Of a stretch of 64,000 bases of DNA, positions 30,296-44,378 are shown in pieces. The number at the start of each line of letters is the position of its first letter. Positions within the stretch are counted from its first letter, which is position 1. A model generated the notes under the pieces. The model did not search any database, was not told where the DNA came from, and worked only from the letters and a program-made list of their open reading frames with translations. A program made the position numbers and the translations under genes. This stretch comes from Eledone cirrhosa (Eukaryota), in assembly GCA_964016885.1 (NCBI GenBank), contig OZ024741.1, positions 201,934,001-201,998,000 on the forward strand, written 5' to 3'.

Positions 30296-32361
30296 TTCTA
30301 ACTTATATTAATAGTCTTTCTAACCACCACTCCTCTATTATTAAATCTATTGTAAAGGCTATTTCCCATAGTATCTCTAGACTCTCTGCATATGAAGACA
30401 TTTAACGAAATAGCTTGCCAGATCTTCTTTTCATCGTGCCAACGTTGATGATGCCAACTCTGAAGTTATGGAGTTCAATGGAAGAGTGAGAAGTAAAAGA
30501 TGAAAACTTGGTAGGGGGAGCTACCTAGTTGTAGGAGGGGGGAATTGGTGTTGGTTATCCATATCTGAAATAGAGGAATGCGATTGCGTGTTCGTCCAGA
30601 GGTGGTTGGTGTGTTCATATTCGTCAATTAGTAATGCTCCAGCTTAGTAATCCATATGCCACATAGAAACAAACATCAGACCGAAAACAACTGTCCTAGA
30701 ATAGGGATTGAGTTAGCAGATTACTAGTTTGTGTTGCAAATATTTGATTGGTTGATGTAGCAGTGGTGGTGGGAGGGAGGGGAAGGGGGTATGGTGAAAG
30801 AGCATGCCAAAACAGCATGGGGAAAGAGAAAACAAAATTTTTCTAGATCAGGAGTGAGGTAAGGAGGATAAATATATGGCGAAGGGACAATTTTGTTTTA
30901 GAAAAGAAAGAAAAATATGTGTCGGATGGGAGACAGAGATCTGTGTAAAAAATGTAAGGATTAAGCATGGTTGGATTGGAGAAGGAAACAAAGAGATTAC
31001 ATTATTTGACAGAAAACGCAATAATAATTGTTTCTACTTTTGGCACAAGGCCAGCAATTACACAGTACATTACTGGTACTTTATTTTATCGACCCCGTAA
31101 GGATGAAAGGCAAAGTTAACCTCGGCGGGATTTGAACCCAGAATAGCAATAATAATAATAATGAACCATATCCGAGAGAAGTTGGGAGTGAAATGAAAGG
31201 GTCTAAATGAAAGAGCATGGTAAAACAGCATGGGGGAAAGAGGAAAACAAAATTCTTTCTAGATCAGAAGCGAAGTGCGAAGGAAAAATATTAATAATAT
31301 TAATAATATAATGATATTATTATAATATTATCATTATTCACTCTGGAATACATCTTCAGAAAAACAATATTAGATTTGGAGAATGCATATCGCAAAATAC
31401 CAGATAAAACAGGCAATGATCAGCTAATAAGAGATATGAAGGGGAAAAGAGTCTCTTTTAAAAAGCCAAATATGAAAGATAGATTCATAAGTCAGGCAGC
31501 AAAAAGCATTAATGTTAAGCATTGTGCAATTTGATTTAATCAACAAAAAGTATAATGTATAAGACATAAGTCCTCATGCTGTAATTTAGTTTTATGTATA
31601 CATATAGTGTACTTAAAAGCACATTCATTTGAAATTTTTTCCCCACAAAATACGGTTGTTAAGCACCGTTTATGGCAGTGTAAAATTAATAATGGTAGTA
31701 TACGAAAGGACATTTGAATTTTCAACATTCGGTGTTCAATTATAATTTGGGCCAAAATATGTTTACATATTATAAGTTAAATGGCGACCTTTAATATCAT
31801 TGTACTGGGTTACTAAAACTTATCTATGAATTTAAGTGTAAAAAACATGTGTAAATTTACATATAGTTAAAGGGAATTTAAGTGGACTTAATTTTAATAT
31901 TAATGCCATAAGACTCTGGTATTTAATGTTATAGAAGGATGTTGCTTGTAAAGAATATGAGTAGGTGGTAATAACAATGTATAATTCTTTAACAAGAAGC
32001 ATGGTTGATGTATATATATATATTGTAAAGGAGCTTTTCATGCTTAAATACTCCTGCGTGGAAAGTCACCAATTTTAAGAGTTAAGATATGTTTTAGTTA
32101 GTAGCGCCACGTGAAGCATAATAACGATGTCAACGGCAGAAATAAGAGATGAAATGTATGTTTATTTTATTGTAGCACAAAGAAATGTTTGTTAAATTGT
32201 ATGGTTGAAGTTAAACATAAAATGTTTACAAAAGGAATGTGGCATTGTGCCAGGCCCAAGGCAGGCCGGCAAGCCAAAGTGCAAATCTCACCGTTACATT
32301 GTTTGTGTTGGCCCTTCGGCGTTCAAGCAGCAAAAGAATAAGTGATCTTTACATTAACATG

Positions 32362-34331
32362 GTCAGGATGCAAGAGAGCAATTTCTCGAATCGACGCAGG
32401 AATTTTTCCTGCAGGGCGCATAGAAATACATTCTGCTCCGCTGGCGGTCATTGGCTGGGCTGGGCCAAATAACGCAGGGAGAATGTATGTGAGCCCGCTG
32501 AATGTAGGTCACTACAAAACCCCCTTCCTGTCGTCAGACGATAAATATTATTCAATCAGCAGGAAAAAATGCTGAAAGAGCACATCAATGAAAAAAATTA
32601 AACAAAAGAATGCATGCAAGAAGAAAAATGAGGTGCTAAGGGCCGTGTTGCGCCGCTGTGTCAAATGACTAGCTGTTTTGTAGCTTACATGTGGCCACCA
32701 GGGGTCTAACAGAAAACGGATAAAGTCTGACATAGGCGAAGTTGCTGTTCTTGCCTTAAATGTTAATGGTAAGTGTTATACCGGTAGCTGTGGATGAAGC
32801 TGTTATGGTAGTTTACCAGTAGGTGTTGTCAATGATGGTACTGTTCGTTCTTTACCAGAGCTGTATGGCTGTTATGGTAAATGTAGCAAAGCTGGCAAGA
32901 AGATGATGAGTATGTGAAAAAATGACGGCCTCCCAGATGAATTGCCGGAAGTGCTAGGCAGCCATGAAAAAATGGCTGGTTGCTTTGAAACGAAAAAAGG
33001 CAAGTTGAATCTGTAGATGGGTAGTAGTTGAATCTGTAGGTGGGTAGTAAATTCCATAATTCTGGCGAATCCATAGGAGAAATGGAGGAAATGCTGACAG
33101 GTCCAGTTCCATTTGTTGTTTTCCCAGTGAGTCGGGTAAAGTAACAAGATGGAGGTTGTTATGCTATAGGACGAGGAGTGTGCAACGAGATGCGAACTGT
33201 TTGAATCCAGCTGCAATTAACATTCTCGTGTTGCGGTGCAGGTGAATTAAGCTGCATGTGTCGATAGCATGTTTTGGTGTCTCCACAAAGTGAGAAGGGA
33301 TCTCGCAGAATATTACAATGCTTGAAGATCATTTACTAAGGCAACAACATGTTGGTGTGCGTGTCAAAGAAATATGTGTGCATATGCAGGCATGTAATAC
33401 AGCAAGGAAAATGAATGAATAAAAAACATGAGCAAGCAAAGGAGCACAAAACGTAAATGCATTTTACAAAGATAAGTGTGAATGTAACAAACTGATAATT
33501 CAAAGTCAATATAAGGGAGCAGAGAAAATTAATGCTCAATGGTAAGTTCAAAGTTTTTCAAAGTCAAATAGTTCATACATCACCAGTGTACAGACTTTCT
33601 GACACTAGTTCTATCTGAAAACTGAAAAAGAAGTTTGTTAATGCCACTAGGGGTTAGATGTATATTGTTTTTGAGAGTTTTTGTGGCCATTTTACCGTCC
33701 TGCCACCTCGTGTGACATAAGGTTGTGTTAACAAATTTTTTGAAATACTGCTAATTAAATTTTTTTTTCTATATACATACATTCCTATTATATTTTTTTT
33801 CTCGCGGTCACAAATTTTAACAGGATTGTTTTAAGAGTAGATGTATCACCACGAAGAATTGAGGTTAGGCTGTAAGTCTCAGGTTCTGTTGCTGCTGTGA
33901 TAATACCTCTGGAAGGAATCCTTCCATATCACATTTAAAGGCATTGCTGTGGTAACAGCATCACAAGACTTACGATGTTTTTATGTTATTTATTAACAAA
34001 AGTTGAGCTGGGTAGAGCAGAGTAGAGCTGACATGCCAAGAGAAATAAAACAAACGAATTATGATTTTTAGAAAGCAAAGTCTACTGGCTGAAGTTTTGC
34101 CAGGCCGTGGTTATGTTGTTGTGTTACATATTGGCTAGTAATTTCACAAAGAAAAGCAGTTGTTTAGCTTTTCGCTGTCGGGCTGCAAGAGAGCGATTTC
34201 TCGAATTGACGCGGGAATTTTTCCTGCAGGGCGCGTAGAAATACATTCTCCTCCGCTGGCGGTCATTGGCTGGGCTGAGCCAAATAATGCACGGAGAATG
34301 TATGTGAGCCCGCGGAATGTTGGTCACTACA
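32362..34331 (-). mobile_element. Possible decayed non-autonomous LTR element
   Basis: 155-bp direct repeats 32362..32516 and 34177..34331 begin TGTAGTG on the minus strand; purine tract AGGAAGGGGG lies just before the left copy. No PBS or ORF recognised. Confidence 0.45.
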
Positions 34332-34569
34332 ATTCCTATCATAATTTTTAATTTACATTAATTGTTTATTAGGTAGGATAATATTTATAATAGTAAAAAG
34401 AATAGGAATTCCTGTGTGGGCATGTTGAAATTTTTTCGAATTTTCTATTCAATAAATCTAGATTAGACTTAGTTTTTAAGAGGCACTCAGAGAAACACTA
34501 AATACATTTAGGCTACCAGCCTCGCGCTTTTACAATGTGAACAGGAAAGGAACTAAGGAATTTCAAATT

Positions 34570-35090
34570 TTTTAAATCCCATAGCAAGTAAAGTTGTATT
34601 CCTCAGTTTTACATTTCTAAGAATAAAATTGGAAGTAGTACCATAGCTAGTAGCTATTCAACGTTGCATCAATGTAAGCTTTAGTACCATTAGGTGTAGG
34701 AACAATGCACTCATATACTATATCAGATACAAGGCAATTACCATTAAGGGAACAACATTGTGGTTGTCTGCAATTACAGTTATGGTTAGCAAGTGGGTTA
34801 CCATGAGTATTATATATGGTATTATGGTTATTCAAATGGTTTGGACTTCTACAAGAGTAAGGCTTCCACCTAGTTTCCCAAGCAGTTTTGGTAGAGCTAG
34901 CTATATTGTCTGATATTAAATTACTCTTATTCAATTTTGTACAGTTGCTACAGGCTAAATAGTCAGCTGAATTAGGTGTTGTTGAGTAGGAAAGTTTGAC
35001 AGTATTTTTATTTAACAGGTTGTGGCATTTATGTGATTGGAGAAAAGTGTTATCAATTATAAGAACAACTCTTGGCAATACTCCCATGAT
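34570..35090 (-). mobile_element. Decayed Penelope-like linker/GIY-YIG fragment
   Basis: NKNTVKLSYSTTPN, CNCRQPQCCSLNGNCL, IVYEC, KAYIDAT. Confidence 0.75.
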
Positions 35091-36045
35091 TTCTGGAAGA
35101 CCTGCTGCAGCGTAAATATTTGGTAGGCTGTGCTACTTCCGGGGTGAAAACCTCACTGTTTAAGCTAGCTTGGACTTAAAAATCTCCCCGCATTTCTTTG
35201 CCAGCCACTTAACATAGACTTTACCAGGGTTGGGGAGGGGCAGGGGGATTAACAAGGAGATCCTTCTGTAATTGGAACAATCTATCTAGTCTCTTTTTTT
35301 GAAAATTGGGATTATCACTCGTGATTGCCATTGCTTAGATGCTTTTCCAGAGATCCAGGCCACCTGGCACATACGAGTCAGCCAGAGAATACCTTCTGTA
35401 TTTAAGGCTTTTAACATCTCAGGATGGATTTCATTCTCTTCAGTGGCCTTGACACATTTGAACTCTTGAACTGATCTTGTGACCTCAGCCTCCAAGGATT
35501 TAGTCCTCCCAGATACACCTCATGTACATCTGAAGATGCTGTTGTGATCAGGTTTAGGAGATCAGCAAAGTATTCTCTCTACCTTGCGAGGATGCACCTC
35601 TCTGAAGAGAGAACCCCGGTGCGTCAATGATAGCAGACGTGGATGATCTACCAGAACACTTTATTTTCTGGTCTGAAGTTAAATTCCAGCTTAATCCCAA
35701 AGTCCTCCCATGGATGCCTTTACTGTCTCTACTGCAATGTTTTGTGCATGTTTGTACTGCAAATATAAGAAGGAGGACTTCTTTCCAAGCCAAGTTTTGT
35801 AGGCCTCCTTCCTTGCTTGGATGGCATCCATTGCCACACCAAACCTCTTTTGCCCACAGCATTTAACAGTTGAAGCAGAAACTGCTGAGCCGAACAATCT
35901 CCATTCCATTTCAACATCCTCAGTTTGCTCAGGGAGTTCTCTGAATTTGGATGCAATAGTATCTGCATACCTGGTCCTGACTTGGAGTAATGTCACACAA
36001 TAGAGTGTAACTTGGAGATCAGAGAGTCACTCCAGATAGAGCTGC

Positions 36046-37654
36046 TAATTGTCCGAATTTAGAGATCACAGCTCTGATACTACGAGCATCTGGTTAAAAT
36101 GTCCAATGAAAGAATCACTGGACAGATTTTACGGGCAAAACCAGCCAGCAGGAGACCCAGGGGTAGACTCTGAAGAAGATGGTTGGATAACATCCTTGAG
36201 CGTGGCTGGTCTTACTTGGGGATCCAGCCAGATCAGTTGGAGACGGTTGTTTCTGACAGGATCTGCTTGAAGGAGTGTTTGAGAACTTTGCTCCCATGAC
36301 CCTCTCAGGAATAAGTGAGTGAAGAAGAAGATATTAAAGAACCATTTCAGGATATTTGAAGCTATATGCTTAGTATAAGGTGAATTAAACTATGTGGTGA
36401 GCCTTTTACGGTTAAACTACTACCTAAAGTTGAGGTGTAATTATCTAATGGCTGTAAGTTGTGTGAGGGAAAACAGAAATTCAATTCATTATTGTTGCTA
36501 TGGGAATCGTTATTTAGGGATATCAATATTTAGGGATATCAAGGAGCTTACTAGAGATATTATGAATTTGTGTTGAATTTGAAAGTTTATGCTGTATCAT
36601 ACCTTTCCTTCTCGCCTTACTTAAATACTTATACTTATGGTTCACATCTCTATTGTTGTTGACGTATAAACGATCTTTCATACTTACACTAACCCTATTA
36701 GTCTTAATAGATGGAGTATTGACATGGTCAATAGCTTTATTGTTTGAATCATCTAGGTTTGATTCTATATCAAGGCCATACTTATTCAATACTACTATTT
36801 CAATAACACAATCAAAATGTGTTCCCACACTTTTTTAGCACTAAACCAATATATATACTGCTAGTATATATAATGCTAGTATGTGTAGTCCGTATATTGA
36901 TATTATACGCAAGTATATATATACATGTAGATATGATACATCAAAATAAAATCATAATTGACAATATATAATACATAGAAATTGAACGAAGACTGTGTTA
37001 CACTGTCTTATTTAATCAGTAACGTAATCCATGATACATTAAAAAAAGACGATATTATATATAAACTGCATTAGGAGAAAATTAGTGACAGAAATATATG
37101 AATATTTATTTAAACGATCGTTAACCGGAAGTGGTGACATTTGAAAATTTTAAAGAAGTGAATCTTTAAATAAGTAATAAAATATATTTAATAAACAGCC
37201 ACGAAATTTAGTAGATAAATTATGTAATATTCATTCATTATTTATTCAAAGTAATCCAACTTATTTTACTAAGGGGATAAAAAATTATAAACAGTACGCA
37301 GTCCCGCGCTTCTTACTTTATTATAGTTTAGATTGTAACAAAAGTGTTAAATATTATTATTAGTGTTACAGATTCAATGGGAATTTATGTTGTGTCATCA
37401 TAGATTAAGTGCCATATCTTTGATTGTTGATAATTTACAGTTCTGTTGCCTATTTTTATTAAAAATTTTAAATCAATATTGTAAAGTACATCAAAAGCAA
37501 CACTATCACCAATGTACTATTTAAAAAAGAGGGTTGTTCGCAAAAGTTCTTTGTTAGATATAAAGACAGATTTTTTTATGGTAGTAAATGGAAAGAGTGT
37601 GTCAAATTTGTAAAAGTTTAGCTGCACGAAAATCCTGAATTCCACTATTTGACC
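36046..37654 (+). repeat. ~1.6-kb direct duplication, copy 2
   Basis: Near-identical to 26409..28006; carries extra AAACTGCA at ~37063. Confidence 0.93.
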
Positions 37655-37704
37655 GCTACAAAATTTAGTAGATAAATTATGTAATATTCATTCATTATTT
37701 AAGT

Positions 37705-37885
37705 ATTGGCAGTATCGGTAGAGGGTTGGACGCCATGCTTTCTAGCATAGTTACGTCCCTTTACAGTCTGAGTTCAAATCCCGCCGAGGTTAACTTTGCC
37801 TTTCATCCTTACGGGGTCGATGAAATAAAGTACCAGTCATGTACTGGGTAATTGCTGGCCCTGTGCCTAAAGTAGAAACAATTAT
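37705..37885 (+). mobile_element. tRNA-type SINE
   Basis: B-box GAGTTCAAATCC followed by AACTTTGCCTTTCATCCTTACGGGGTCGATGAAATAAAGTACCAG. Other copies ~38105..38305(+), 31022..31142(-), 21750..21865(-), 22120..22240(+), 46510..46640(+). Confidence 0.75.
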
Positions 37886-37973
37886 TTAAGTAATCCAACT
37901 TATTTTACTATTGGGATAAAAAATTATAAACTGTATGCAGTCCCACGCTCCTTACTTTATTATAGTTTAGATA

Positions 37974-38006
<33 letters not shown>

Positions 38007-38700
38007 TTCCCCTTTTTTTATTTCTCCCTTATATTTTTTCCATTCATCCTTATTGAAATATGCGTTAGAAGAATAGTGTTATAATTATCTATGTGATGGG
38101 TGGACTGGCAGTATTGGTAAATTATCAGACAACATGCTTTGCAGAATAGAGGTACGGCCCCTTATGTCTGAGTTCAAATCTTGCCGAGGTTAACTTTGCC
38201 TTTCATCCTTACGGTGTCGATAAAAATATAGTACCAGTCACCCACTGGTGTCAATCTAATTGACTTCCCCTCCCCCAAAATTGTACGTAAATCAGAAATC
38301 ATTATTATCTGTATGATCTGTAATTCTGCACTCATGTGACCCATGAGATTTGTTTCCTCAAAGTTTGGTTCCTTATACTTTTACAGATTATACCTATAAG
38401 GAATTAATTCAATTTAACTGATCAATAAACTTCATTGACCTTGAAACTTTGCATAATTTTCTTTATCTGCATTTTAACCCTTGCATTCATATTATGGAGT
38501 GTTTGTAGGGAAGACCACAAATCCAAGTAGTATTTAATGGATGATGAGAAACAGACTGGGTATATTAATAAGGTAAGGCACTGATCATGAGCTCTATGGT
38601 TTCAGCTTGTAATTTCACCAAATTTCTTGCAGTTTGGAGAGATTACAGGCTGAAACTGCAGAGCTCATAATCAAACCTTTACCTCATTAATATATATATA

Positions 38701-39250
38701 CGAGGTGGTATCAAAAGGTTCCCAGACTAGTTATGTTTAAAAAAAATTAAAAAAAAATAAAAATTACCTAAGTTTTAACATCATCTCCTCCAAAATACAC
38801 TGGTCGCAGTATTCCTGCCACTTTTAAAATCCGGCCTGGAAGTTGTTTTATGAAAGCGAGTCGAGGACCTTCTGCGATTTGCTTTGGATCTTGATTGAGC
38901 TGCAGCTCTGTTGTGCCTTCTTCGGTTGTGGAGATGAAGGGCCTTTTCACTTGGTATTTTCCGGGGCTTTTCCTCAATGTCTCTGTAGCAGACTTCCCAA
39001 GTTGATGGCAACATTTCATGTTGGCTCTTTGTTCCAACTTCCTGTTCATGACAACTTCGCAGGATACAACATACATATGATCACAAAAACAAAAATTAAA
39101 AATTTCATAACTTGTGAAGTGAACACAGCAATGTCACTCAGCACACTCACACATAGAGGTTACTGCTAGCTCTCACTGCGTGCACAACCATGTGTTGCCA
39201 TCTGTTGGCGTGCTACAGAACTAGTCCAGAAACTTTTTGATACCACCTTG
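38701..39250 (-). mobile_element. Internally deleted mariner element
   Basis: TIRs CGAGGTGGTATCAAAAGGTT / AACTTTTTGATACCACCTTG with TA flanks; EQRANMKCCHQLGKSATET resembles a mariner transposase N-terminus. Confidence 0.85.
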
Positions 39251-40249
39251 TATATATCTACCAATTCACTAAATTGGCAGAGATGTTGCAGAGTAGGAGA
39301 AAATCATTTGTGGCATCTGTTCTGGCTTTTTACATTTCTACACTCTGATTTAAAATCCTGCCAACATCAACTTTGTTTTTCCTCCTTTTGTGGGGATGGG
39401 GCAGTAAAATAAGCAACAACCCAGAGCAGTGAGTTAGAAAATGTTTTAGAGCATTGGACAAAATGCTATGTTATATTTGCTCTGGTTCTTTGCATTTAGA
39501 GTTAAAATCCCACTGTAGCCTATGTGAGTTGTAAAATTTAATATGTCACCTAGTTTAACCCCATATTCGAGCTTTTTATCTAAATAATATTGATTTATCA
39601 TTTTGGCTTAACTACTCAGATTTAATCATTGATTTAATTGACTAAATTGACATTTATTTGTTCGTAATTCATTGATCTTCAAATGATGGTAGTTAAAAAC
39701 AAAACAGTAACTAAATCCTTTGAACTACTTATTCTGACCATCTATAGTATATTCCAACATAGAGCTTTCACATTAACATTTGTAGTGAACAGCTGTATTC
39801 TCATTAAACCTGGCCTATATTAAATTATATCACTTAGGATGTTATAAAGACCTTGCAAGATCATAAAGATCCAATTGGTATGTTCAATGTTCAAAAGCCT
39901 ATGAAGTAGAATAGACTAAACTGGTTTGGTTACCTGCAGTGCACAAGTGAGGTCAGAAGGTAAAAATAATGTTCAGTTTTCATGCCCTCTCATTGAACCA
40001 AAGAAATGCTGGAAGGGCACAATGCTAGTATCTCAATATCAAAGTTGGGTTGGTATGCAACTGAGAAATCAGAAGTAAGATGTGAACATTAGATCTTGTT
40101 GATACCATACATGAATGAGGAGGTAATATTAAATGAAAAATTGAAGTAGTAGCAACAGAATATGTATGTGGTAAAAGGAAGTATCCTAGTTGGATTGTTT
40201 ATCGATATAGACGTGAGGGAAGGTCCCTCGTCTATTTACCATTTTTTGT

Positions 40250-42000
40250 AAGTGAGAATTATAACAAGTGAGTGTGTGTGTACGTAAACAAGACAATAAC
40301 CACAACGAGAGTTATATTCAACAAATGTAAATAATGGTGATGTTTACTTTGTTTATATGTATTTATTATATTACAAATGAAACATACCAAATATATACGT
40401 GATCCAGATGTGGTGAAGGGAAGTATTACAATTACAAAGGTATTGTGGTGTTTGCTGTTCCCGATGGCTGTTTATCGTTTCGTGGTACAGAGGCTGTTTT
40501 CTGTGGCATGTATACCGTCTGCTTTCCCCTGGCTGTCTGCTTTCCTCGGGTGTTCTCAACCAGGGGGAGACAACTAGGCCTGGTCCATTATCCGCCAGGG
40601 GGCGTAAAGGCGTCTTACTACAGTACTCCCTGCCAGATTTTCAAATCATCGAAAATCGATTTTATTACTCACACGTGGAGTAAGATGGCGAACAATGCAA
40701 CAGGGGGAGCTATTTGCTCTACCAATCGTTGAATCCAGAATAAGGATTTGAAAAATGTTAAAAAAAAAAAATCTGCATGCATAAAAAAAAGGCAAAGAAA
40801 AAGCAGAAACACAGAAGCAAAAAAAAATGGTGCAGCTAACACAGTCTAAATATAGACGGTGCTACAAGATTTTTTGGGCCAGTGGACCCTACGACCTGAA
40901 CGGGTCGTGGTCTTGTAAGGTGGCGATGGTGGTGGTGTAGGGACAGGCGATGATGGTGGTTCAGGAACAGGCGTTCGCTCAACAGGCAAATACGAAGGGG
41001 TTCGTGGATCAGGAACCACAGCGTCCGTGTCAAGGTGTGCCTGCTTAAGCCTGTCTATTGTAACTGTCTCCCTGGACCCTTTAATATCTAAAGTGAAATG
41101 CTTAGCCGAGCGCGCTAAGACACGGTAAGGTCCAGTGTAAGGCTGTGTGAGCGGGGGCTTCACAGAATCTTTCCTTACAAAGACATGCGTCCACGAGGCA
41201 ACATCCCTCGGGACAGCAGTCTTGACAGTTTGTTTCCATTGGCGGCAAATCCTGGAAATAGGAGAGCAAACGGGATACGTAGGAAGCGTGATCTTGGGCA
41301 TTAAGATTGATAGGGGCAAGCATTTGCTCGGGCAACGTCAGAGGGGCACCGTACAGTAATTCGGCCGGTGAAAATCCAAAGTCGACTTTCACCGTTGACC
41401 GAATCCCTAGTAGCACAATAGGGAGGTACTCGCTCCAATACGCCGAGTCCATTGAGGCCATTAAGGAGGCCTTCAGTTGTCGGTGAAAACGCTCCACCAT
41501 ACCATTCGAAGCGGGATGGTACGCCGTAGTTCTGATGCGTTTAGCACCAATTAATTTTGACAGTTCGAGGAAAAGGCTCGACTCGAACTGTCGTCCACGG
41601 TCGGTAGTTACTGTGGATGGAACTCCATAACGAGAGATCCATCCAGACACAAGAGCACGCGCTGTTGTCTCAGCGGTGATGTTTTTCAAGGGGATGGCTT
41701 CAGGCCATCTCGAAAAACGGTCAATTATGGTCAGCAGATAAGAATAACCATCGCTGACAGGCCAAGGTCCCACTATATCAATATGAATGTGCGAAAAACG
41801 CGCATCTGGGTTAGTAAAGGTACCCAGGGGAGCCTTGACGTGTCGATGGACCTTTGGTTTCTGGCAAGCAACGCAGAAACGGCACCAAGCTGCAATTTCC
41901 CGCCTCATATTTGGCCAGAAAAATCTAGCTGATATGAGCTTTGCTGTGGCAGAACATCCTGGATGCGAGAAACCATGTAATGCCAGAAACACGGTCCGAC
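40250..42000 (-). mobile_element. Gypsy LTR retrotransposon remnant (integrase, PPT, 3' LTR)
   Basis: HGFSHPG..C..C zinc finger, HIDIVGP, TTDRGRQF, YHPASNGMVERFHR, GPY motif. GGCAGGGAG then TGTAGTAA (LTR start at 40622 on minus). Left boundary uncertain. Confidence 0.88.
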
Positions 42001-42642
42001 GATTATTCGTCTGTCCCCTCTCTATCTATCTCTCTACATCCATTACACTCTCTCTCTCTCGCCTTTGGCCTAACTCCCTCCCTCTCCACATCTATGAACC
42101 TGCCCTCTGGGGCAATAAATAATTCCGACCTTAATTATCAACGCATCTCTCCAAAAGTAACCAGTATAATAAAACCCCTACCATAACATTTTGATTAAGA
42201 TATCTACAAACCACTCTCTCCTATTTCTCCAACCCCTGCATATCTTTCTCTCTCTCTCCCTCTCCCCTACTTTTCTCTCTTCCTTTTCTACTCTATCTTC
42301 TTCAACAAGGGTATTTACATTGTACATTTTAACCATTCTGCTCTGAGGATACAGTGGTCACAGCATTGGATATTTGAGTTCTGCAAATAGTTGTAAATTT
42401 GCACATAGCATAACTAGGCTGTAGTACCACCATGGAAACATTTGTAAGCACACGGAATAAATTACCTTTTTATGATGTCTACCTGTTATTATTCATTCTT
42501 TATATACACTCCGGAATACAGAAGGATCAGGAACTAAGTTTCTTCAACAATTCTTCCATAACTCGTAGAGTAACCTCTCACCGTACGTCAACCATGTCCA
42601 GTGTAGTAATTAACCATTACTACATCTAAGATAATCCTATAC

Positions 42643-42689
<47 letters not shown>

Positions 42690-42806
42690 TAGTTAAACCA
42701 GAATGAGTTTTACAGTAGATTGGAAGCACTCTACAAAAAATAATTTTCCAGAGTTATTAATATTAATATATAAATATTAATAAAAAAGATGTTCTTTTGA
42801 TCAATT

Positions 42807-42863
42807 ACATTTTATTATACATATTTCGGATGTACAACAGTACGTCCTCATCAGACAAAATAT
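42807..42863 (-). ncRNA. Minimal type-I hammerhead ribozyme motif, intact core
   Basis: Minus: ATATTTTGT-CTGATGA-GGAcGTACtgttGTACaTCC-GAAA-T-ATGT-A-TA/ATAAAATGT; 9-bp stem I with two G-U pairs. Confidence 0.85.
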
Positions 42864-43203
42864 AATGATACATGACATACCCTGAGATGTTAAATGGTTA
42901 AGATTTAATCAAGGTAGTAATTAACCAAAGAGAAAATTTAACATTTATACCCTAATAATGAGAAAATGCGAAAACGTAATAAATTCAATAGAGAAAGTGC
43001 GAGTAAATTGTATCATACATCTTAATATCTCTATAACTGTTACATTAAGCAACGTTTTTCTTACTCGCACTTTCTCTATTGAATTTATTACGTTTTCGCA
43101 TTTTCTCATTATTAGGGTATAAATGTTAAATTTTCTCTTTAGTTAATCACTACCTTGATTAAATCTTAACCATTTAACATCTCAGGGTATGTCATGTATC
43201 ATT

Positions 43204-43260
43204 ATATTTTGTCTAATGAGGACGTACTGTTGTACATCCGAAATATGTATAATAAAATGT
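43204..43260 (+). ncRNA. Hammerhead motif with G5A core mutation (CTAATGA)
   Basis: Mirror of 42807..42863 except at 43215. Confidence 0.75.
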
Positions 43261-43314
43261 AATTGATCAAAAGAACATCTATTTTATTAATATTTATATA
43301 TTAATATATATATA

Positions 43315-43764
<450 letters not shown>

Positions 43765-44306
43765 TAGAAATATCGGGTGCCAGGAAATGAAGGGGGCCCA
43801 CCAACATAGAGAATGCTATCATTTAATTTTGATTTTGAAAGTAGGTTTATAATTATTAATTTTCCTTATACTTTTGTAGCTGTCTCGGTGGCCTACTTGG
43901 GGAATCATAGACGGTGGTGATCCTGATCTGAAATTCGATCCTGATCGGGAGTAGGGTTCCCGGTAAACCTTTTCAGTCTTTTTTTTCTATGGGATGCAAA
44001 ATAAAAACTGAACCCAAGACTAGGATCTCCACCGTTTCTAGTACCTACCACTAGGCTACTGAGACAACTACGAAAATCTATTGAAAATTCATACTTTCAA
44101 AATTTTCAAAACAAATTGGTGTGATGTTAACTAAATGCTTTGCTTAATTGTTTTATTTATTTTAAAAAAAAATAAAACAATTAAGCAAAGCATTTATTTT
44201 ATCCTTTCTCTTAGACTTCAGGTAATTTTTTAAAGCTAAGCATTGGCCCCTAAAATACTAGTGGGCTCTGCAATGCTACCATTGGGCAACCTGGCAACCT
44301 GGACAG

Positions 44307-44356
<50 letters not shown>

Positions 44357-44378
44357 CATATATATGTATATATATATA

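Larger units (their letters stand above)
42767..43300. mobile_element. ~530-bp inverted-repeat element (arms ~240 bp, spacer ~55 bp) with a hammerhead motif in each arm
   Basis: 42767..43005 is the near-perfect reverse complement of 43061..43300; lies between (TA)n tracts. Confidence 0.88.

Noticed and set aside
37760-37790. tRNA gene
   Set aside because: B-box only, within a dispersed SINE; no cloverleaf.
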